From a virus, in the IMG/VR virus record IMGVR_UViG_3300045988_091463, positions 1 through 42,449 of that record: a stretch of 42,449 bases of DNA; one strand, given 5' to 3'. Numbering within the stretch: position 1 is the stretch's first letter; each line of letters starts with the position of its first letter. This document shows positions 18,847 to 25,249 of this stretch, in pieces. A program made the translations under genes and the position numbers. Below the pieces are notes generated by a model. It saw only the letters and a list, made by a program, of their open reading frames with translations. It was not told the origin of the DNA and made no database searches.

Positions 18847-19020
18847 ATGGATAAAAATCAATTAATTATTAATGAATTACTACAAAAACTAGCCACTGCG
18901 CAATATGAAGCAGTACAATTACGTGCTGAATTAACAATTGCTAATCAGCATAACAGTGAACTTGAAGACAAGTTAGCTGCACTAATGCCTAAAGACGATT
19001 TGAAAGGAGGTGATGAATAA
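18847..19020 (+). CDS. Small coiled-coil protein (57 aa)
   Basis: The ATG lies 1 nt after the fibre stop, and the 3' end overlaps the next start (TAATG). Below the ORF track length cutoff. Confidence 0.5.
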   Translation: MDKNQLIINELLQKLATAQYEAVQLRAELTIANQHNSELEDKLAALMPKDDLKGGDE

Positions 19021-19442
19021 TGAGAGCATGGAACGTTGTCGGGAAATACCCAATTTACACTGATGGAAAAGTAACACACACAGAAATCACACTAGCTACT
19101 TTGTCAGGCAGCTACGGCACATTCACTGAACGTGTCATTGGCGACCAAACTGGCAAAACTGACAATGAACTTATTGAATTAGCTCGTGATGCATATTTCA
19201 AAACTGAATATGCCGACAAAGCTATGCCAGAAGCCGTACTAAAAGTTGATGAGATGGCAAATAAATTTAATGAAAAATCTGTTGAATACCAAGAAACAAT
19301 TGACCAAATGCAAGCGGCCATTGACAAATCTGAAAAAATAGCTCAACTAACGACTGCTACACTTAATGAATTGATTGGCGTAGTGTACCCTGATGAAGAA
19401 ACTACTGACGGTGCTACAGATGAAACTGCTAAAGAAAATTAA
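19020..19442 (+). CDS. Conserved phage protein of unknown function (140 aa)
   Basis: GGAGGTG RBS, tight packing after the fibre gene. Confidence 0.6.
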   Translation: MRAWNVVGKYPIYTDGKVTHTEITLATLSGSYGTFTERVIGDQTGKTDNELIELARDAYFKTEYADKAMPEAVLKVDEMANKFNEKSVEYQETIDQMQAAIDKSEKIAQLTTATLNELIGVVYPDEETTDGATDETAKEN

Positions 19443-19467
19443 AAATACAATTATAGGAGGAAAAACA

Positions 19468-19599
19468 ATGATGATTAATTATTTTGCAATGCAAATTGAA
19501 CTAGGTTGGATTACAATTGAAGCTGTTCCAAAACGCTTCCGTAAACAAGTACAAGAGCTCTTAGATTTGTCACACGCAGGCTTGCAAGACGAAAAATAG
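19468..19599 (+). CDS. XkdX-like small phage protein (43 aa)
   Basis: The ATG follows TAGGAGGAAAAACA. Translation MMINYFAMQIELGWITIEAVPKRFRKQV... resembles XkdX-type proteins that precede lysis genes. Confidence 0.5.
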   Translation: MMINYFAMQIELGWITIEAVPKRFRKQVQELLDLSHAGLQDEK

Positions 19600-19619
19600 G
19601 TTTTAGGAAGCGGTGGATT

Positions 19620-19844
19620 ATGAAAAATGAATTCTTCTCGGGTATATTCTCGCTTGTAGCCAGCTTGGTTGGAACGTTTGGCGGGATTATCACTAGTACA
19701 AAACTGATTAACTATCAAATCAATGAATTAAGAAAACGTGTTGAGAAGCACAACAACGTTATCGAACGAACTTATAGATTAGAAGAACACTGTAAATATG
19801 TAGATGAACGCATTGAGAAACTCGAAAGCGAGGTTGAGAAATGA
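19620..19844 (+). CDS. Lysis-cassette membrane protein (N-terminal TM plus coiled coil); holin-like or XhlA-like
   Basis: 74 aa with TM segment FSGIFSLVASLVGTFGGII followed by a charged coiled coil. ATGA overlap with the next gene. Confidence 0.5.
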   Translation: MKNEFFSGIFSLVASLVGTFGGIITSTKLINYQINELRKRVEKHNNVIERTYRLEEHCKYVDERIEKLESEVEK

Positions 19845-20038
19845 AAAATTATTTTGAAAAGTTGGGAGTCAAAGTTTTGAAAACTATGGCGCAATCAGCG
19901 GTTGGCGTCATAGGAGCTAGCACATTAATTTCACAGGTCGATTGGAGAGTGGTTGTTTCAACCGCTCTTTTATCTGGCCTCGTTTGTGTGCTGACTAATT
20001 TGTCTGATTTGAAGGAGGAAGATGTCGATGAAAATTAA
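19841..20038 (+). CDS. Holin (LL-H-family-like)
   Basis: 65 aa with two hydrophobic segments and an acidic C-terminal tail, directly upstream of the endolysin. Confidence 0.7.
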   Translation: MKNYFEKLGVKVLKTMAQSAVGVIGASTLISQVDWRVVVSTALLSGLVCVLTNLSDLKEEDVDEN

Positions 20039-21302
20039 ACGACTTTTAGCAGGAGTAACAGTGCTAGCTAGCTTATTGTTACAATCAACAGCTTATGCGG
20101 CTGTCGGCGACCAAGGTGTGGACTGGTCACGATACCAAGGCGCTAACGGCATCTTCGGTTATGGTCATGACAAGTTTGCTATTTGTCAAATCGGTGGTGT
20201 TAATGGCGGTGGTATGTACGGTCAATCAACGTATGAGACACAAGTTGCTTCGGCGATTGCTCAAGGCAAACGTGCTCACACTTACATCTGGTATCAAGTC
20301 GGCGGAAACGCTAGCTTAGGTGAACAAGTGCTAAATACATTCTTGCCGCAGGTTCAAACACCTAAAGGCTCAATCGTAGCGCTTGACTATGAAAGTGGCG
20401 CTAGCGCTGATAAACAAGCGAATACCAACGCTATTCTGCACGGTATGCGCATGATTAAAGCGGCTGGATATACACCTATGTATTATAGTGGCAAGCCTTA
20501 CACAGTAGCTAACGTGTATGTTGACCAAATCATCCGTGAGTTCCCTAATTCGCTTTGGATGGCTGCTTATCCAGACTACAATGTGACACCAACACCAAAT
20601 TATAACGTCTTCCCGAGCATGGACGGTGTAGCAATTTATCAATTTACGTCAACATATATTGCTGGTGGACTTGACGGGAACGTCGATTTGACTGGCATTA
20701 CTGACAATGGTTATACTAAGAACAATAAACCAGAAACTGAAACACCATCAATTTCCCCAGGTCAACAAGCTGATAATACGCAAAAATCAGATATTGCTGT
20801 AGGAAACCAAGTTAAGGTTAAATTTGGTGCCAATGCATGGGCGACTGGTGAAGCTATTCCAACTTGGGTTAAAGGTCGCACTTACAACGTAGCTCAAGTG
20901 TCTGGCAATCGTGTGTTGTTAGCAGGCATTAATTCATGGATTAATAAAGCAGACGTTGAAATTATTTCAGTTTCATCTGCGCCAATTCAAGCGCCAGCTA
21001 CTAACACATACACAGTACGTTCTGGAGACACACTTTCTAGCATTGCTTCAAAATTTGGGACAAGCTACCAAGCACTAGCTAGCTTGAATGGAATCTCAAA
21101 TCCAAATCTTATCTACGCTGGACAAGTATTGCGTGTCAATGGTTCAGCAAGCGCTGGTTCAGTTTACTATACAGTGCGAGCAGGTGATAACCTATCAAGC
21201 ATTGCAAGTCGTTACGGTACTAGCTACCAATCAATTGCTAGTCTCAATGGTCTAACTAATCCAAACTTGATTTATGCTGGGCAAACACTTAAAATTAAAT
21301 AG
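20022..21302 (+). CDS. Endolysin: signal peptide, GH25 muramidase, SH3-like linker domain and two LysM repeats
   Basis: Signal peptide [33 protein letters not shown] is the GH25 N-terminal motif. Two copies of [13 protein letters not shown]...LIYAGQ.L are LysM. The ATG at 20028 has the better RBS spacing. Confidence 0.9.
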   Translation: MSMKIKRLLAGVTVLASLLLQSTAYAAVGDQGVDWSRYQGANGIFGYGHDKFAICQIGGVNGGGMYGQSTYETQVASAIAQGKRAHTYIWYQVGGNASLGEQVLNTFLPQVQTPKGSIVALDYESGASADKQANTNAILHGMRMIKAAGYTPMYYSGKPYTVANVYVDQIIREFPNSLWMAAYPDYNVTPTPNYNVFPSMDGVAIYQFTSTYIAGGLDGNVDLTGITDNGYTKNNKPETETPSISPGQQADNTQKSDIAVGNQVKVKFGANAWATGEAIPTWVKGRTYNVAQVSGNRVLLAGINSWINKADVEIISVSSAPIQAPATNTYTVRSGDTLSSIASKFGTSYQALASLNGISNPNLIYAGQVLRVNGSASAGSVYYTVRAGDNLSSIASRYGTSYQSIASLNGLTNPNLIYAGQTLKIK

Positions 21303-21316
21303 TAAACACTTTTACG

Positions 21317-21350
21317 CTCTCAGCTTTTGCTGGGGGTGTTTTTGTATTTT
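21317..21350 (+). terminator. Terminator after the lysis cassette
   Basis: CTCAGC-TTTT-GCTGGG followed by GGTGTTTTTGTATTTTTTT. Confidence 0.7.
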
Positions 21351-21450
21351 TTTACAGTATAAATATAAATAAAAAACGTAAAAACACTAAAAAGTTTCGT
21401 TTTTGTAAAGAAAATTTGCGTTTTTAGAAACAAAAATAAGTATTTATAAG

Positions 21451-21479
21451 TTGAAATAAGGTTGAAACTATGGCATAAT
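21451..21479 (+). promoter_or_regulatory. Sigma-70-type promoter for the DUF4065 operon
   Basis: TTGAAA, 17-nt spacer, TGgCATAAT (extended -10). Confidence 0.6.
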
Positions 21480-21531
21480 GTAGTTGCTATAACTCAAGAC
21501 CTTTCTAAATATTTAGTTATGGAGTAATGCG

Positions 21532-22005
21532 ATGATTGATGTATTAAAAATTGTCAATTGGTTCAAAGTACGAAATTATTCAGATATGAAAACTAACGAT
21601 AATGTTGAAGCTTTGACTCAATTAAAAGTAATGAAATTATTGTACTATGCTCAAGGCGTATCGTTAGCTGTATATGATAAAGTATTATTTCCGGAAAAAA
21701 TTCTGGCTTGGAGATATGGGCCTGCAGTTCAAGAAGTTTATGATGTATACAAAGGGTCAAGAGAGATAGTTGATTCTACAAGTAACGGGATGAGCGATAC
21801 TGAAATAGGAGATTATCAAGAGGTAAACTCCGATCAAGAAGCGGCTCTTATTTTGAATGCAGTCGTTGATGCATATGGCGATATGTCTGCGATAGAGTTA
21901 ATGAATCAAACGCATGGAGAAGCTCCGTGGTTAGAAACAACTCAAAGTCAGGAAATCGATGTTAATCTAATCAAAGATTTTTTTGTTAAAGAAATAGTTG
22001 AATGA
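21532..22005 (+). CDS. DUF4065 (Panacea/SocA/GepA-like) antitoxin-type protein
   Basis: Motifs LTQLKVMKLLYYAQGVSLA and W.YGPAVQEVYDVYKG are characteristic of DUF4065. Confidence 0.8.
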   Translation: MIDVLKIVNWFKVRNYSDMKTNDNVEALTQLKVMKLLYYAQGVSLAVYDKVLFPEKILAWRYGPAVQEVYDVYKGSREIVDSTSNGMSDTEIGDYQEVNSDQEAALILNAVVDAYGDMSAIELMNQTHGEAPWLETTQSQEIDVNLIKDFFVKEIVE

Positions 22006-22424
22006 CAAAAATTAAAAGTAAAAAAGTAAAAGCAAGACCAAAAATAAAGTCTAATAAACTTGAAGATTTTAAACCAGAATATGTTCAATTTAATTTTTCA
22101 TTTATTACTAAACACGAGAAATATAATTTAGAAAATAATAATTTAATCCATACGCTTTTACTAGAAAAAATTTATTATTTATCTTCTATGGACTGGGTTC
22201 AAGTGTTGGCTCTTAGGAAGGAGCAAGGAATTGAGACACTTAGCTCCCATGCATTAAAAAAATTCACCATACCCCTTGAATTCAAGGAGAGACGAGATGA
22301 CTATTGCACTGATAAATTTTTTGTGTTTCGCTTAAAAAATCAAGGCAGAGTAATTGGAAAGATGATAGATAAGACATTTTATATATTGGCTATTGATACA
22401 ACATTTGATTTGTATAAACATTAA
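22002..22424 (+). CDS. Unknown 140-aa partner of the DUF4065 protein (candidate toxin/effector)
   Basis: 4-nt ATGA overlap with the upstream gene. Lys-rich N-terminus. C-terminal FFVFRLKNQGRVIGKMIDKTFYILAIDTTFDLYKH. No domain recognised. Confidence 0.55.
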   Translation: MTKIKSKKVKARPKIKSNKLEDFKPEYVQFNFSFITKHEKYNLENNNLIHTLLLEKIYYLSSMDWVQVLALRKEQGIETLSSHALKKFTIPLEFKERRDDYCTDKFFVFRLKNQGRVIGKMIDKTFYILAIDTTFDLYKH

Positions 22425-22426
22425 TA

Positions 22427-22450
22427 CCCTAGCGCAAGCTAGGGTGTTTT
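22427..22450 (+). terminator. Intrinsic terminator of the DUF4065 operon
   Basis: CCCTAGC-GCAA-GCTAGGG followed by TGTTTT. Confidence 0.75.
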
Positions 22451-22474
22451 AATTTTGTTGACGTCAACAAAATT
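22451..22474. repeat. Perfect 24-bp palindrome AATTTTGTTGACGTCAACAAAATT (operator-like)
   Basis: Exactly self-complementary. Its right end overlaps the -35 element of the next promoter. Confidence 0.85.
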
Positions 22475-22501
22475 GGCAGTCATACACGTTTATGGTATAA
22501 T
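22473..22501 (+). promoter_or_regulatory. Near-consensus extended -10 promoter
   Basis: TTGGCA, 17-nt spacer, TGgTATAAT. Confidence 0.65.
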
Positions 22502-22506
22502 AGCTG

Positions 22507-22618
22507 CTGTAAGAGTGTAAAGGTCTTACTAGATAGGCAATGTGTGGGCTGGCGAGTGCACGTTAAACTAAATACAGCAGGACTTATTTGCAGGACTAGC
22601 GTGAGCTAGTCCTTTTTT
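22507..22618 (+). ncRNA. Candidate small RNA of about 110 nt (promoter to terminator, no credible ORF)
   Basis: Bounded by the promoter above and the terminator GGACTAGC-GTGA-GCTAGTCC-TTTTTT (22593-22618). CTGCTGTA and TACAGCAG are complementary. Confidence 0.4.
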
Positions 22619-22874
22619 ATTGCCGTTAAAACGGACTTATTTGCAAATTGTGGTTATAATGGCAAAACAAACTTGTCCCAAATGACTTATTTTTCTTTTT
22701 GGGGGCATTTTTGGGGCATAAGTTTAAAACTTATGTTGTTTCATCAATTAATCCTGCTATTGTTTGGGTCTTATATAACCGTATTTTATAGAGTTTATGT
22801 CTATTTTGATTCTATATAATAGTAGAAAACCTTAAAGACGCTTTACCATAATTATCGGCTGACTAACGTATGCT

Positions 22875-22931
22875 AGCTCTATAATTTCTGTAGTGGGTAA
22901 AATCCTACTAAGAAATTATAGAGCTTTTTAT
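22875..22931 (+). terminator. Very long hairpin (15 + 4 bp) with a T-tract; terminator or structured RNA element
   Basis: AGCTCTATAATTTCT pairs perfectly with AGAAATTATAGAGCT. Inner stem GTAG/CTAC, loop TGGGTAAAATC, followed by TTTTTATTT. Confidence 0.6.
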
Positions 22932-22993
22932 TTGCAAATAAAATAATAGAGGAGTAGACTTAAGGCATCAAATACTTAAGGAGTGTATCTATT

Positions 22994-23245
22994 ATGTCAA
23001 ACTATGAAGAAAAAGAAGCAAAAGCATTAGTAAAAATTGCAGATGTTTTGAACAAACTGGATTCAAATTTAGAAGAATTAGATTCTCTAAATGAAGATGC
23101 AAAAAAACATAGTATGAGAAAATGGCTTGTTGAGAAAAAAGCCATGCATGAAATTAAAAAGATTGTACACGAAGCTGGTAAGTATGAAAAGTACGATGAA
23201 AAAGAACTACAAAAAGAAATTGAACATGTAGAACAATATATGTAA
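22994..23245 (+). CDS. Small charged coiled-coil protein (83 aa), cargo gene
   Basis: AAGGAG RBS. Standalone ORF in the cargo island. Confidence 0.6.
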   Translation: MSNYEEKEAKALVKIADVLNKLDSNLEELDSLNEDAKKHSMRKWLVEKKAMHEIKKIVHEAGKYEKYDEKELQKEIEHVEQYM

Positions 23246-23327
23246 AAGAAAATATTAAAAAGAAGAGTGTGCAGTCCCTTTTTTGTGGCTCTTTGTCAAC
23301 TGTAGTGGGTGGCAAAGTTAAGCTCTA

Positions 23328-23356
23328 GCGAGAACAAATGATGTTCTCGCTTTTTT
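23328..23356 (+). terminator. Intrinsic terminator
   Basis: GCGAGAAC-AAATGAT-GTTCTCGC followed by TTTTTT. Confidence 0.75.
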
Positions 23357-23632
23357 GCTGTTCAAAGCGATGTAAATACGTTTTTTTAAAGTTGTCAAAG
23401 TTCCTGTAACCAAAAGCGCAAGTGATAAATTGGATATATTGGATATATTGTTACATACTTATGATTCTGAATGTTGGAGGTAACCATTCCTTCCTAGTCA
23501 TTGAACCTCTTAGGAAGTTGTGAGGTAGCTCTTCATAGCTCAGACCTAAGACGACTATCAGCTAATAAGTTGCATATATTTGAAGCAGAGCGAAGGCTCA
23601 TTTAGTTGATTGTTTTAAATTTGTGATATAGA

Positions 23633-23660
23633 AGAGTCAGCGCAAGCTGGCTCTTTTTTA
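23633..23660 (+). terminator. Intrinsic terminator closing an ORF-free unit of about 300 nt
   Basis: GAGTCAGC-GCAA-GCTGGCTC followed by TTTTTT. Confidence 0.7.
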
Positions 23661-23705
23661 TGCGCAGTAAAATTAAAAAAATACAAAAATATTTGTAGAA
23701 AAGCG

Positions 23706-23734
23706 TTGACGTATATTTAAATATACGTTATAAT
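23706..23734 (+). promoter_or_regulatory. Consensus promoter P1 with an 18-bp palindromic operator in the spacer
   Basis: TTGACG, 17-nt spacer, TATAAT. The palindrome CGTATATTTAAATATACG lies at 23710-23727. Confidence 0.75.
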
Positions 23735-23773
23735 ATATTTGTAAGATAAAGAAAGACGAAAGAGGCAACTATC

Positions 23774-24139
23774 ATGATTAAATGGAATGGAAAATCAACA
23801 AACGGCGCTTGGGAAAAAGAAATCATCGCAAATGACTACGAAGACTTACTAGAAACAATGGTAGACAAAGGTATTTGCGATGGATATTGGAATATTGATA
23901 GCCAAGCTTACAATGAACTTTGCTTCTATTCAGAAAAACTTGAAAAACTTCGCGATGAATATCAAGAAGCCATCGAAGAAGACGACGATGAAAAAATGGC
24001 AAATTTTGAAAAACAACTTGATGACATTGATTGGCACGAAGAAATCTTCAGTAAACTAACTGACAATCAATTTGAACAAGTTATCCGTGGCATTGACGGT
24101 ATGGCTTATTACCAAGAATTTGAAGAAGTAGAAGATTAA
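23774..24139 (+). CDS. Highly acidic 121-aa protein (candidate DNA mimic or anti-defence; function unknown)
   Basis: AAGAGG RBS. Asp/Glu-rich throughout (EEDDDE, EEFEEVED). Has its own promoter and terminator. Confidence 0.75.
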   Translation: MIKWNGKSTNGAWEKEIIANDYEDLLETMVDKGICDGYWNIDSQAYNELCFYSEKLEKLRDEYQEAIEEDDDEKMANFEKQLDDIDWHEEIFSKLTDNQFEQVIRGIDGMAYYQEFEEVED

Positions 24140-24142
24140 TTT

Positions 24143-24168
24143 AGCGGTCATAGTGACCGCTTTTATTT
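24143..24168 (+). terminator. Intrinsic terminator
   Basis: AGCGGTCA-TAG-TGACCGCT followed by TTTATTT. Confidence 0.7.
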
Positions 24169-24184
24169 AATGAGGAGAAATAAA

Positions 24185-24610
24185 ATGATTATCAACACAT
24201 CGCGAATTGAACACGTTTTAACAAACAAAGCAATACCAGCCTATATGCTAGAAGCGGAAACTGGTATGTCTAGAATGACAATAGGAAAAATCAGAAAAGG
24301 AGAAGCTAAAGTCGAGAATATAACATTAAAAAATATTATGGCGATCCAGAAATGGATTGACAGCGGGAGCTATACTTTTAGCTATGATTACAGCGATTTA
24401 TTAAGCGAAGTTCTAGCTGATAAAGCAGAAGGACTTTTCGACGAATATATGTACATCGTTCGAGGTGATTGGAACGAACTACTGGAATGCGCACCAATCG
24501 TCGATTATTATTATTCACTTGATGAAGTTGAAAATGAAGATGAAGTTGTTCAAAAAATGCCTGTTGATCAAGTTATTAACGAGATGAAAAAATTTAACCA
24601 AATTCTTTAA
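24185..24610 (+). CDS. HTH-like N-terminal domain protein with an acidic C-terminal half (141 aa)
   Basis: The ATG follows GAGGAG. The segment AETGMSRMTIGKIRKGEAKVENITLKNIMAIQKWI looks like a helix-turn-helix. Confidence 0.65.
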   Translation: MIINTSRIEHVLTNKAIPAYMLEAETGMSRMTIGKIRKGEAKVENITLKNIMAIQKWIDSGSYTFSYDYSDLLSEVLADKAEGLFDEYMYIVRGDWNELLECAPIVDYYYSLDEVENEDEVVQKMPVDQVINEMKKFNQIL

Positions 24611-24617
24611 AAAATAC

Positions 24618-24646
24618 TTGACGTATATTTAAATATACGCTATAAT
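24618..24646 (+). promoter_or_regulatory. Promoter P2, a near-identical copy of P1 with the same operator and leader
   Basis: TTGACG, 17-nt spacer, TATAAT. The palindrome CGTATATTTAAATATACG lies at 24622-24639. The leader ATATATTTGTAAGATAAA is shared with P1. Confidence 0.75.
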
Positions 24647-24686
24647 ATATTTGTAAGATAAATAAAGAACAAAAGAGGTATTTAAA

Positions 24687-24926
24687 ATGAAATCAATCAA
24701 AGTTAACAACAAAGTCGTAGCTGTACCAGCTGAAACAATCGTGGAATATTTGGAATACCGCAAACTTAACAAAGAACTTGAAAAAGGTTACAGCGAAGGT
24801 CTTTATCAAGCGCAAGATGATTTAGTTCAAAACATCATGATTTGGGCTAACGGCATCAAAGAACTTAATACAACATTCCCAGAACTTGAACCAGAACTCG
24901 AAAAACTTGCACTTGAACTTATCTAA
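24687..24926 (+). CDS. Small acidic protein (79 aa), cargo gene
   Basis: AAGAGG RBS. Driven by P2 and followed by two terminators. Confidence 0.7.
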   Translation: MKSIKVNNKVVAVPAETIVEYLEYRKLNKELEKGYSEGLYQAQDDLVQNIMIWANGIKELNTTFPELEPELEKLALELI

Positions 24927-24946
24927 AAATATATGTTATACTATAA

Positions 24947-24971
24947 GTACCTCTTTTGAGGTACTTTTTTT
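24947..24971 (+). terminator. Intrinsic terminator
   Basis: GTACCTC-TTTT-GAGGTAC followed by TTTTTTT. Confidence 0.8.
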
Positions 24972-24984
24972 ATCTTACAAGTTA

Positions 24985-25009
24985 CACCCGATTTTTTCGG
25001 GTGTTTTTT
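24985..25009 (+). terminator. Second intrinsic terminator
   Basis: CACCCGA-TTTTT-TCGGGTG followed by TTTTTT. Confidence 0.8.
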
Positions 25010-25249
25010 AGTGCAATAAAAAAGCCTTGTCCATAAAAGCTTAAGGCGGGGAATAGGCGGGGACGAGTGCTAGAAAGCGCGTAGTAGAGCGTGAGAATAT
25101 TTTATGTTATAAAATTTATCGTTTTTCCATAACGGATTTAACCGCATTTTAACTACTGTTTTATAGCATTTTAAATTATAACTTTCAAAAAATAATCGGT
25201 ATTTTTAGGTATGATTAGGTATAGTGGCGGGGAATAAGACGGGGATTTT
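25010..25249. other. Probable attP region with repeated GGCGGGGAATA(G/A)G(C/A)CGGGGA boxes
   Basis: Non-coding DNA directly 3' of int. The boxes at 25045-25063 and 25226-25245 flank an AT-rich stretch. TTAGGTAT occurs twice at 25205-25223. Confidence 0.5.

Noticed and set aside
22623-22634. CCGTTAAAACGG as an additional repressor operator
   Set aside because: It lacks two T residues relative to the CGTTTTAAAACG operator core and is equally well explained as a small hairpin. The evidence is too weak.
22682-22819. 45-aa aromatic/hydrophobic ORF (MTYFSFWGHFWGISLKLMLFHQLILLLFGSYITVFYRVYVYFDSI) as a type I toxin
   Set aside because: There is no SD upstream of the ATG. The composition is what a T-rich non-coding stretch yields in any frame, and it lacks the TM-plus-charged-tail layout of known type I toxins.
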